DNA from: an uncultured Candidatus Saccharibacteria bacterium
GTDB lineage: Bacteria > Patescibacteriota > Minisyncoccia > UBA6257 > JAUSGH01
Length of the DNA: 29,518 bases
Direction: 5' to 3'
Assembly (NCBI GenBank): GCA_964361805.1
Contig: CAYICF010000001.1
Coordinates: forward strand, 1-29,518
Part shown: positions 1-7,811 of the stretch, piece by piece
Layout of the letters: each line of letters opens with the position of its first letter
Position numbering within the stretch: position 1 is the stretch's first letter
Notes under the pieces: model-generated
Database searches by the model: none
The model's input: the letters and a program-made list of their open reading frames with translations, nothing else
What the model was told of the DNA's origin: nothing
Program-made: the position numbers and the translations under genes

Positions 1-2
1 CT

Positions 3-293
3 ATGCTTTCTTCTTTTTTTAATGTCGCGCACGCCGAGGAAATCGTGAATCCGCTGAAGGCGACGACGATCTCGGCCCTTATTCATGATATCTTAAATTT
101 TTTTTACGGCATTACTGCTGGCATTGCAGCGCTCGCTGTTCTCTATGGCGCATTTTTACTCTTAAGCTCTGGCGGCAGAGAGGAGCAGGTGACTAAAGGC
201 CGAAATACAATCGCGTATGCCATGATTGGTATTGTTGGCGTTACGGTTGCGGTTGGACTTGTCGGATTAGTTGCTGATATACTAGGAAAATAG
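3..293 (+). CDS. VirB2/TrbC-like (T4SS-type) pilin, probably 5'-truncated by window edge
   Basis: Two hydrophobic helices separated by SSGG-x-EEQVTKGRNTIAYAMIG loop, same pattern as the next two ORFs. Confidence 0.75.
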   Translation: MLSSFFNVAHAEEIVNPLKATTISALIHDILNFFYGITAGIAALAVLYGAFLLLSSGGREEQVTKGRNTIAYAMIGIVGVTVAVGLVGLVADILGK

Positions 294-353
294 ATTCACT
301 TCATATACATAAAGTCGTTTTATAAATTCAAATAATTAATTACTATGCTTGCT

Positions 354-713
354 ATGAAAAAAATATTTTTAGGAGGAACTTTATTGCTTACCGTTATCTT
401 GCCGCTGCTTGCAATGGCGCAGGGAGACACTCGTGGCTCCGCCGCAAAAATCACCGTGCTTGGTGCGATTACTCCGAAGGATACCTTGGATATTACTGGG
501 CTTCTCAATAATGTTATCAATTTTGTTTTTGCATTATTGCTTGCTGTTTCGGTACTATTTTTCCTTTATGCTGCATGGTTATATCTTAGTAGCGGCGGCG
601 GCGAAAAAGAAACGACTTCGGCAAAAAACTATCTTATCTATGGCGCCATTGGCATTGCGGTAGCGCTTTTCGCCAAAGCAATTCCGAATTTTGTTAGTCA
701 GCTAATTGGCTAG
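354..713 (+). CDS. VirB2/TrbC-like pilin with signal peptide
   Basis: MKKIFLGG...LAMA signal peptide; TM-YAAWLYLSSGGGEKETTSAKNYLIYGAIG-TM; start ATG 354 preferred over 345. Confidence 0.8.
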   Translation: MKKIFLGGTLLLTVILPLLAMAQGDTRGSAAKITVLGAITPKDTLDITGLLNNVINFVFALLLAVSVLFFLYAAWLYLSSGGGEKETTSAKNYLIYGAIGIAVALFAKAIPNFVSQLIG

Positions 714-729
714 ATCTTTTCTTTCTGCA

Positions 730-1065
730 ATGAAACACCTCAAAGGAATTTATTTTTTTGCTCTTTCTCTCGTGCTTCCCGCGCTTGCTGCGGCTGCTCC
801 ACCAACGCTTACGTTCCGCGACAATATCGACAAAAATAAGGTGTTTGATATTATCGATGTGCTTTCGCAATATTTGTTCGCGCTTTTGGTCGCCGTTACT
901 GTCTTCTTCGTGTTGTACGCGGCGTGGCTCTACCTTTCGAGTGGAGGTGAAGCCGAGGCAACCACGAAAGCGCGAAGTTATTTGATCTACGCCGCGATCG
1001 CGATTGCGGTGGGACTGTTTGCTCGCGCATTGCCTGCGATCGTCGATTCCATCATTCCCTCTTGA
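730..1065 (+). CDS. VirB2/TrbC-like pilin with signal peptide (paralog of previous gene)
   Basis: MKHLKG...ALAAA signal peptide; YAAWLYLSSGGEAEATTKARSYLIYAAIA motif nearly identical to previous pilin. Confidence 0.8.
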   Translation: MKHLKGIYFFALSLVLPALAAAAPPTLTFRDNIDKNKVFDIIDVLSQYLFALLVAVTVFFVLYAAWLYLSSGGEAEATTKARSYLIYAAIAIAVGLFARALPAIVDSIIPS

Positions 1066-1118
1066 GCGCATACGACATAAAACAAAAATTTCTTCTTTCT
1101 CGAAGGAGTTTTTGTTTT

Positions 1119-2222
1119 ATGCTGCGACGCTTCCCTATCGAATTTTTTATTCTTATTGTCGTGCCGTTTTTTATTTTTACGACATTTTTTATATTCTCGC
1201 CTGCGGCATTCTCGTCGTTTAGCCTTGTCACGCTCCGCAGCGTGGCGTTTTTACTCTTCTTTGGCGATCTTGCCTTTGTACTTGCGTTCTCCCTTGCCTA
1301 TTTTTATTGTTTCGGAAAATTATTTCACCACTGTACGCAAAAATTCCGCGGCCAACCATCAACGTTCTTCCCGTTTTTAAAAAGCCTCCTCTGTATTGTT
1401 TTGCTTGTCGGTGCACATACAGCGCTCACGGGCACGATTATTGATGCGGTCGGCACGCAATCCCCAGCGCGCGTGCTTGCCGCAAATGCTGCGCTCGAAC
1501 GTTTTGACGTGGCGATGTTTGACGAACAGCCCCTCATTATCATGCAATGGTTTGCGCGCGTTCCTTTTTTTGATACTCTGCTCGTTGCCACCTACACCAA
1601 CCTCGGCATTATCCTTGCGCTGCTTACGCTTGTTTTGCTTTTCAATAAATTATTGTTTCGTCGATTTATCTTAAGTTTTGCACTTACCACGCTTCTCGGT
1701 CTACCGTTCTGGTATTTCTATCCCGCTATTTCTCCAGACGAGCTCTATCGCAAAAACGTCGTTGGCGTCACCGATTTGCTTCCGCTGCACGAACAACTTG
1801 CGCGTACGCCACTCACTGCGAACCTGCTTTCATTTCTTCAATCGCTCGACGGCCATTGGAGCTCGCCGCACATAGGACAATTTGCAGTTACATCGTTCCC
1901 GAGCATGCATGTTGCATGGGGTGTGCTTATTGCTTATTTCGCCACCGCGCTGTGGTGGCCGCTTGGCATTGTGGCTATCCCTTATGCGCTCGCGAACGCA
2001 GCAAGTACGGTGTATACGCTCCAGCACTATGCAGTCGATAGCATTGCTGGAATTATTGTCACGCTCCTCGCGCTCCTTGTTGCCCACTACTGCTTTGTGC
2101 TTGAACGACGCTATTATACGGGCACGCACTGGCAATTCGCGGCGCTCGACGTCATCAAAAAAGATGCCCAAAGCATCTTTGCGATTGTTCGCAATGCGCT
2201 GCTTTTTCGATTGCCGAAGTAG
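1119..2222 (+). CDS. PAP2-superfamily membrane protein, AUR1/IPT1-like (PAP2_3) lipid phosphotransferase/phosphatase
   Basis: Multi-TM protein with FPSMHVAW and QHYAVDSIAG motifs; AAGGAG RBS about 10 nt before ATG 1119. Confidence 0.75.
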   Translation: MLRRFPIEFFILIVVPFFIFTTFFIFSPAAFSSFSLVTLRSVAFLLFFGDLAFVLAFSLAYFYCFGKLFHHCTQKFRGQPSTFFPFLKSLLCIVLLVGAHTALTGTIIDAVGTQSPARVLAANAALERFDVAMFDEQPLIIMQWFARVPFFDTLLVATYTNLGIILALLTLVLLFNKLLFRRFILSFALTTLLGLPFWYFYPAISPDELYRKNVVGVTDLLPLHEQLARTPLTANLLSFLQSLDGHWSSPHIGQFAVTSFPSMHVAWGVLIAYFATALWWPLGIVAIPYALANAASTVYTLQHYAVDSIAGIIVTLLALLVAHYCFVLERRYYTGTHWQFAALDVIKKDAQSIFAIVRNALLFRLPK

Positions 2223-2252
2223 TGATTTTGTTTTATATTATTAAACAGATTT

Positions 2253-2336
2253 GCCCTCGTGGTGGAACTGGCAGACACGTCAGCCTTAGGAGCTGATTCC
2301 CGTAAGGGATTGGAGGTTCAAATCCTCCCGAGGGCA
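2253..2336 (+). tRNA. tRNA-Leu(TAG)
   Basis: Acceptor GCCCTCG/CGAGGGC, anticodon arm TCAGC-CTTAGGA-GCTGA, long variable arm, T-loop TTCAAAT; no encoded CCA. Confidence 0.96.
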
Positions 2337-2344
2337 CACACATA

Positions 2345-2371
2345 AAAATATTCCCGTTTGGGGGATATTTT
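2345..2371 (+). terminator. Hairpin downstream of tRNA-Leu, likely terminator
   Basis: AAAATATTCCC-gtttg-GGGGATATTTT, 11-bp stem with one G-U pair. Confidence 0.55.
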
Positions 2372-2609
2372 ATGTGCTGGAACTTGAATCGGGAAGGGAG
2401 TGTCCAAAGCGCAGCCCACGCAATGCTGGGGCGAGCAGATCATTCGAATCCAGTTGGAATTACCACCAAATTACCTAAAGCCAAAATTTGCCTTGTGTTT
2501 AATTTTCCACAGATTTGCCTCTTGACAAGCTTTACGCTCAGCGCGCATTAACGTTCGCTTCGTCCCACAATCTTTTTGATTTTTTAGAAGACTGTTTTTT
2601 GTCTTTTAT

Positions 2610-2638
2610 TTGACAATAAAATTTACCTCCTTTATATT
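2610..2638 (+). promoter_or_regulatory. Sigma70-type promoter
   Basis: TTGACA (2610-2615), 17-bp spacer, TATATT (2633-2638); predicted start about 2645-2646, at the leader ATG. Confidence 0.75.
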
Positions 2639-2645
2639 GATCATT

Positions 2646-2714
2646 ATGCAACTTGGTCGAATCAACTTTTTTGGGTTTTACTTTTTCTCCACCCCCACAC
2701 AGGTGATTGGCTAA
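2646..2714 (+). CDS. Phe/Tyr-rich attenuator leader peptide MQLGRINFFGFYFFSTPTQVIG (22 aa), likely leaderless
   Basis: Translated by hand; codons TTT TTT GGG TTT TAC TTT TTC at 2667-2687; TAA at 2712-2714 just after the antiterminator strand. Confidence 0.75.
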   Translation: MQLGRINFFGFYFFSTPTQVIG

Positions 2715-2775
2715 GTTGTTTACGCTCGAAAACAATGAACCGCTCCAATCACCTTGGGGCGGTTTTCGTTTTTGA
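2693..2775 (+). terminator. Attenuator: mutually exclusive antiterminator and intrinsic terminator
   Basis: Antiterminator AGGTGATTGG (2701-2710) pairs perfectly with CCAATCACCT (2745-2754), extended by CCCCA/TGGGG; terminator AACCGCTCCA (2738-2747)/TGGGGCGGTT (2755-2764) followed by TTCGTTTTTGATTT. Confidence 0.8.
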
Positions 2776-2801
2776 TTTGTTTGGAACGAGGAGTGCGTCC
2801 G

Positions 2802-3053
2802 ATGAGCGACAAACAGCGTTGCAGTGATGGCGTCCATTCGTACGTCGAAGAATCTCGCGTCGTGCTCCCCGTGCCCGGCGTCTGGGTGCGTAGCGAGAAG
2901 CTGGCGGTTGCTCCATATGTTATCGAGCGACGGTCGGTGTGCGAGCGCTGTGGCGCGACTCAAGAGTCGACGAGGGATTTGTCGCGGCACATCAATCCCT
3001 TTGACCTACCGCCCGACGTTCCCAAGTTTCGAGATTTTGATGGCTCATTTTAG
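2802..3053 (+). CDS. Small hypothetical protein (83 aa), possible Zn-binding (C-x4-H ... CERC)
   Basis: GAGGAG RBS 8 nt before ATG 2802; first gene after the attenuator. Confidence 0.65.
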   Translation: MSDKQRCSDGVHSYVEESRVVLPVPGVWVRSEKLAVAPYVIERRSVCERCGATQESTRDLSRHINPFDLPPDVPKFRDFDGSF

Positions 3054-3069
3054 AAAACGGAGGTGCGTC

Positions 3070-3405
3070 ATGGCTATAACAATCATTGTGACGCTCGAGG
3101 ACGGCGTGCAATGGCACGCGAACAACGTGCTCGCAATGGCCACGAGCCTAGGCCTGCGGGCGGAGATTCAGTCGATCCTCCTCCAAAGCGGCCCGATCGC
3201 CGAGAAGCCGATCGTGCGCGTTATCGCACGTGATGGCATTCTGCCCAACGGAACGATCACGCGGCACGCAAGCGCATTCCCGGCTACCGAGGTTTTCTCC
3301 GGACTTCCAGGCGTCCTGCGCGTCGAAACGCGCGACGAACCCGCTTCAGCCAATCCTAACATCCCGCTCGCCACGACTTCGGTCGCTGGCGAGTTTTTTT
3401 GTTAA
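3070..3405 (+). CDS. Hypothetical protein (111 aa) resembling a stand-alone ferredoxin-like/ACT regulatory domain of type I-beta DAHP synthases
   Basis: GGAGGT RBS; pattern IIVTLEDG...VLAMATSLGLRAEI...IVRVIARDG...EVFSGLPGVLRVE fits beta-alpha-beta-beta-alpha-beta; family assignment from memory only. Confidence 0.5.
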   Translation: MAITIIVTLEDGVQWHANNVLAMATSLGLRAEIQSILLQSGPIAEKPIVRVIARDGILPNGTITRHASAFPATEVFSGLPGVLRVETRDEPASANPNIPLATTSVAGEFFC

Positions 3406-3487
3406 TTTTTTTGGAAAACTTTCACTTTACACTTTCGTGCGGCCGCATGAAAGTGTAAAGTAATTCTTTCTTTCTCCTCTTCGCCGC

Positions 3488-4387
3488 TCATTTTCTCCCA
3501 TGAAATGCACGATGCACTTCTTTGAGCGCTTTATTGGTGACGTGCGTATACACTTGCGTCGTCGAAATACTACTGTGCCCCAAAAGTTCCTGCACCGAGC
3601 GGAGGTCAGCGCCATTACTCAAAAGGTCGGTTGCAAAACAGTGACGCAGGCTGTGTGGTGTTAATCGTTTTCCCGCAATTCCCGCTTTACGCCCATAGTA
3701 TTGAATAAGTCGCTGCACGGTGCGCGGCAGCATTCTCCCGATGATTTCTTGTTTTTTTGATTTTTTGATGCTTACGAATAACGCCTCGTCAGTATCTCCG
3801 CGTTTTCCAAGATATTCTTTGAGTAATTTTTTTGCGTCGTCAGACAAAAACACCAATCGCAGCTTGTCTCCTTTGCCACGCACCGTGAGCTCGCCTTTTG
3901 CGAGATCAATATATCGATCCAGCGTACAAAGTTCTGCCACGCGCAGCCCGGTTGAAAATAACGTGTGTAGTATTGCGCGGTCGCGCAGCGTGCGAAGATT
4001 TGTGCCCGTGGGCGCGGCGAGCAATCGCTCAAGCTCCGCCTCGTCGATGATTTCGATCTGCCGCATACTTGACTTTGGAAGTTCAATCTTTTCTGGCGAC
4101 AAGACGTCGATGTCCTGCTTGATTAAATATTTCAAAAAATTGCGAATGGCGATCACGTAATAACTTTGCGTCGATTTTTTGAGCGGTACGCCACCAGTTA
4201 ATTCGCGCGCGAGCTTTAATCGAAACTGCTTTACCGCGTCGATGGTGATATCTTGCGGCGTTTTTATTCCTACGCTTGCGACAAACCGTTTTAAATATCG
4301 CTCATAATTTTCGCGTGTTTTTACTGATCGATTCTTTTCGATCTCGAGGTAGTCGAGATATTCTTTTACCGCCTGCATTATTTCCAT
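3488..4387 (-). CDS. XerC/XerD-family tyrosine recombinase
   Basis: RDRAILHTLFSTGLRVAEL, GKGDKLRLV, HSLRHCFAT, DLRSVQELLGHSSISTTQVYTHV with catalytic R-K-H-R-H-Y; XerC versus XerD not resolvable. Confidence 0.93.
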   Translation of the reverse strand: MEIMQAVKEYLDYLEIEKNRSVKTRENYERYLKRFVASVGIKTPQDITIDAVKQFRLKLARELTGGVPLKKSTQSYYVIAIRNFLKYLIKQDIDVLSPEKIELPKSSMRQIEIIDEAELERLLAAPTGTNLRTLRDRAILHTLFSTGLRVAELCTLDRYIDLAKGELTVRGKGDKLRLVFLSDDAKKLLKEYLGKRGDTDEALFVSIKKSKKQEIIGRMLPRTVQRLIQYYGRKAGIAGKRLTPHSLRHCFATDLLSNGADLRSVQELLGHSSISTTQVYTHVTNKALKEVHRAFHGRK

Positions 4388-4451
4388 AGCTTTATTCTAT
4401 AACGTCAACCAAAAAAAACCGAGCCGCGCCCGAACTGACGCCCAACAAAAT

Positions 4452-4495
4452 CAGTTATCGTATTATCTCACGATCGTGAGATAATACGATAACTG
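4452..4495. repeat. Perfect 44-bp palindrome with no loop
   Basis: CAGTTATCGTATTATCTCACGA|TCGTGAGATAATACGATAACTG. Confidence 0.97.
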
Positions 4496-4508
4496 GCTCT
4501 TCGTTTGC

Positions 4509-4538
4509 TCGACAAAGCAATACCCGCTAGTATATGAT
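4509..4538 (+). promoter_or_regulatory. Putative ftsH promoter
   Basis: TCGACA, 18-bp spacer, TATGAT; favours ATG 4549 as the start. Confidence 0.4.
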
Positions 4539-4548
4539 GTATAAACTT

Positions 4549-6384
4549 ATGACTAATCTCTACAAGAATATTCTTTGGTCTATTGCGATCTTTTTTGCGG
4601 CCTCATTCATTTTTTCGTTTTTTTTAACGCCGATTGATCCCATTAAACCGCTTACTATTGATCAACTTGCAGCAAAAATTGCTGCTGGTCAGGTAAAGCA
4701 AATTGTCGTCAACGGTCAAGACCTTGCGATCACACTCGCGGATGACACAAAAGCGAAGAGTCGCAAAGAGCTTGAAACGAGCCTTTCTGATACGCTCAAA
4801 AATCTCGGCGTTGATCAACGCTTTTTGCAAAATATTCAGCTTGAAGTACGCGAAGAATCCGGTGCGCGCTTTTGGCTTGGCGTGCTTATTCCTACCGTAC
4901 TCCCGATTATCGTCATTGGCATTATTTTTTGGTTTATCTTTCGCCAAGCAAAAACTGGCGCGAGCCAAGCATTCACGTTTGGGCGCGCGAACTTAAAGCT
5001 TTTTGGTTCGTTTAAAAATCGCGTCACGTTCCGTGATGTTGCGGGCTTAAAAGAAGCAAAACAAGAACTTGAAGAGGTAGTCGATTTTTTGAAAAACCCG
5101 AAAAAGTTTTTGGATATCGGTGCGCGCATTCCACGCGGCGTACTTCTTATGGGTGCGCCCGGTACCGGAAAGACGCTCCTCGCGCGCGCGGTTGCCGGCG
5201 AAAGCGGTGTCCCCTTTTTCCATATCTCGGCCTCTGAATTCGTTGAAATGTTCGTCGGGGTTGGCGCCGCGCGCACGCGCGATGCATTTGAAACTGCAAA
5301 AAAAGCAGCGCCTTCAATCCTCTTTGTTGATGAAATCGATGCAGTCGGCCGCGAACGAGGCACTGGTGTTGGCGGCGGTCACGACGAACGCGAACAAACG
5401 CTGAACCAAATCCTTGTGGAGATGGATGGATTTGAGCGCGATACACACGTGATCGTCCTTGCTGCCACCAATCGCCCCGACGTCTTAGATACCGCACTGC
5501 TTCGCCCTGGACGCTTTGATCGCCGTGTCGTGCTCGATTTGCCAGACATTAATGACCGCGAAGCGATTTTGAAAATTCATGCGAATAATAAGCCCATGGA
5601 AAAAGAAGTTGATTTGAAAAAAATTGCCATACGCACTCCCGGCTTTTCAGGCGCTGACCTTGCAAACATCGTGAATGAAGCGGCGATTCTCGCTGCGCGA
5701 CACAATAAGCGCACCATCAATCAAGAAGATCTTTATCAATCGATCGAAAAGGTGCTTCTTGGTCCTGAGCGCAAAACCCGCGTCGTTGCCGCAAAAGAAC
5801 GCGAGATGATCGCCTATCATGAGGCAGGACATGCGCTCGTCGCCGCGAGCCTCAAACATTCTGACCCAGTGCACAAGATTTCGATCATCAGCCGCGGACA
5901 AACCGGCGGTTATACACTCAAACTCCCCATCGAAGATTTACGCCTCCGCACGCGATCGCAGTTTCTTGCTGACATAGCGACTTCGCTCGGTGGCTACGCT
6001 GCCGAACAATTAATCTTTGGCGAAATGTCGACGGGCGCGTCGAACGATCTTCAACATTCTTCGGATGTTGCCCGACGACTCGTCACGCAATACGGCATGA
6101 GCGAAAAACTGGGGCCGCTCACGTTTGGCAAAACTCAAGAGCTCGTCTTTTTGGGTCGTGAAATAGCGACGGAAAAAAATTATTCGGAATCGATTGCGGC
6201 ACAGATTGATGTTGAAGTGAATACCTTTATTTCGCGCGCGCATAAAACAGCACAAAAAATTTTATCAACGCGCCGCAAGGTACTCGACGCCATCGCTGCG
6301 TTGCTGCTTGAAAAAGAAACAATTGAGCAGGACGAGTTTGCGACGCTGATCAAAAAATTTGATTTGAAACCGCTTGCGGTTTAA
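4549..6384 (+). CDS. ftsH: ATP-dependent zinc metalloprotease FtsH
   Basis: Two TM helices, Walker A GAPGTGKT, Walker [35 protein letters not shown] zinc motif; alternative starts 4534/4537. Confidence 0.98.
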   Translation: MTNLYKNILWSIAIFFAASFIFSFFLTPIDPIKPLTIDQLAAKIAAGQVKQIVVNGQDLAITLADDTKAKSRKELETSLSDTLKNLGVDQRFLQNIQLEVREESGARFWLGVLIPTVLPIIVIGIIFWFIFRQAKTGASQAFTFGRANLKLFGSFKNRVTFRDVAGLKEAKQELEEVVDFLKNPKKFLDIGARIPRGVLLMGAPGTGKTLLARAVAGESGVPFFHISASEFVEMFVGVGAARTRDAFETAKKAAPSILFVDEIDAVGRERGTGVGGGHDEREQTLNQILVEMDGFERDTHVIVLAATNRPDVLDTALLRPGRFDRRVVLDLPDINDREAILKIHANNKPMEKEVDLKKIAIRTPGFSGADLANIVNEAAILAARHNKRTINQEDLYQSIEKVLLGPERKTRVVAAKEREMIAYHEAGHALVAASLKHSDPVHKISIISRGQTGGYTLKLPIEDLRLRTRSQFLADIATSLGGYAAEQLIFGEMSTGASNDLQHSSDVARRLVTQYGMSEKLGPLTFGKTQELVFLGREIATEKNYSESIAAQIDVEVNTFISRAHKTAQKILSTRRKVLDAIAALLLEKETIEQDEFATLIKKFDLKPLAV

Positions 6385-6393
6385 TCATCTAAG

Positions 6394-6465
6394 TCGGCTC
6401 GGCAGGAATCGGACCTGCGACCCTCGTCTTATAAGGACGACGCTCTGCCACTGAGCTACGAGCCG
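6394..6465 (-). tRNA. tRNA-Ile(TAT)
   Basis: Minus strand folds as CGGCTCG TA GCTC AGTGGCA GAGC G TCGTC CTTATAA GACGA GGGTC GCAGG TCCGATT CCTGC CGAGCCG A; anticodon TAT, A73, C4-G69. Confidence 0.9.
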
Positions 6466-6675
6466 AAGTAGTCTCTCATTACTTGTAACCCACAAATCAC
6501 CCTCTCTGCAAGAAATGTATTGTGTAATATTACCGAACACGTTCCGTGCCCAAATCCTCCCCTCCTTGTTAACTCACTTATCTTGCCTCCGATTTTTTAT
6601 TCTTGCGGTTCTTTTCGTTGCTTATTATAGTAATAAACATACTACCTATCTCACCCTCGCTTAGGAGTTACTCTC

Positions 6676-7173
6676 GTGGATATACCCGATCGTCGGCGCA
6701 CTATCCTCGATGATTTTGAACAACGTCTCCGCGTACAACATCTCCCTGTTCTTTCCAAGCTTTTTCCGTTGTCTGCTCAATCGATCAAGATGTTTCATGT
6801 GATGATTACTACGATCGCTTCTCGCGCACTTGAAGATCTCTACGTTCGACATCAACTTCACTCTGATCGTCCCGATGACAGCCTCGTCATACATTACGCA
6901 TTTTTGTTTCTCATTTCTGAATTCAATGGAGTGCTTCCGCTTGACTATCCGTTTCTTGTCGTCGGCGCCCATGAACATGATCGAGTTGGCGTTGTGCTTA
7001 AGGCAATGTATCGCGACGACATCCCCGCGCTCCGCGAAGCGACGAATGCGAAGATAATCCCCGTCGTCGATGTTGATCATTTAATCCCTGGGCCGCTCCC
7101 CCATATCAAAACTATCAATTTTCGATATGAGAATTTCGATATCGCCTCCCTTCCTGACGACCCTTGTGCATAA
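6676..7173 (+). CDS. Hypothetical protein (165 aa)
   Basis: AGGAG RBS 8 nt before GTG; followed by a terminator hairpin; no recognised motif. Confidence 0.6.
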   Translation: MDIPDRRRTILDDFEQRLRVQHLPVLSKLFPLSAQSIKMFHVMITTIASRALEDLYVRHQLHSDRPDDSLVIHYAFLFLISEFNGVLPLDYPFLVVGAHEHDRVGVVLKAMYRDDIPALREATNAKIIPVVDVDHLIPGPLPHIKTINFRYENFDIASLPDDPCA

Positions 7174-7234
7174 CACGCATTAGGGTACAGTATGCGTTCG
7201 CCGCCGCGTTGCTTGTGGTCTTTAGAGATTTACC

Positions 7235-7270
7235 CTGCGCCGCTCCTTCGGGAGTAGCGCAGATTTTTGT
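7235..7270 (+). terminator. Intrinsic terminator with cUUCGg loop
   Basis: CTGCGCCGCTCC-TTCG-GGAGTAGCGCAG then ATTTTTGTTT. Confidence 0.7.
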
Positions 7271-7314
7271 TTGATTTATTTCGTCAGATTTTATATCATC
7301 AAGAATAGTAAAAA

Positions 7315-7385
7315 GCGGGTATAGTATAGCGGTAATACATTACCTTGCCAAGGTAAAGCTACGGGTCCGACTCCCGTTACCCGCT
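7315..7385 (+). tRNA. tRNA-Gly(GCC)
   Basis: GCGGGTA/TACCCGC acceptor, TTACC-TTGCCAA-GGTAA anticodon arm, 4-nt variable loop, U73; T-loop TCCGACT. Confidence 0.95.
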
Positions 7386-7437
7386 CAAATTATGCTTAAT
7401 TTGAGTATCTTTATGACTGCTCATCTATAAGGATCGA

Positions 7438-7715
7438 TTATCTGACGCACGACATTGTGGTGAGTCTGCTTGCGCCGAGCGAGAATGTCGCGGCGTCGAG
7501 TTTGCGCTGCACCCACTTTTCACTGCGTCCATATTTTTTTGCTCAATCGGTGTCTGTTTGTCGCTGCCGAATATATTGACGTACAAGCCGTTGAGGAAGG
7601 CGTGTTGGTTTCCGTTTGTGCTGAAATTTATATCCGCACGCCACGCACGTATACGTCTACAACCCTCTCCGTTTTCCGTTCTTTTTCCCAATCCAGTATT
7701 ACACAATATCGCATT
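7438..7715 (-). pseudogene. Degenerate N-terminal fragment of a Zn-ribbon/HTH transposase (IS256 Zn-binding-variant or IS1-like)
   Basis: Hand translation from 7686: KKNGKRRGL*TYTCVACGYKFQHKRKPTRLPQRLVRQYIRQRQTDTD*AKKYGRSEKWVQRKLD; two in-frame stops, no catalytic domain. Confidence 0.6.
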
Positions 7716-7811
7716 TTCAGCCCTACCAGATTATCTATTAAGTTTTATTACGCATAACATGCATGGGCTTATTAAAAAATCCCTACAAGACATAATCTTG
7801 AGGGATGGATG

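Noticed and set aside
3488-4387. Prophage/island integrase acting at tRNA-Leu
   Set aside because: Size and motifs fit a housekeeping Xer, with no arm-binding domain; no duplicated tRNA 3' end (att) found
6503-6530. dif-like site TCTCTGCAAGA-AATGTA-TTGTGTAATAT
   Set aside because: XerD-like arm has about 3 mismatches and the XerC arm is poor; not distinguishable from chance
7438-7715. Stop-codon reassignment suggested by in-frame TAG/TGA
   Set aside because: Core genes terminate at TAA/TAG/TGA normally and read through with the standard code; the stops are best explained by pseudogene decay
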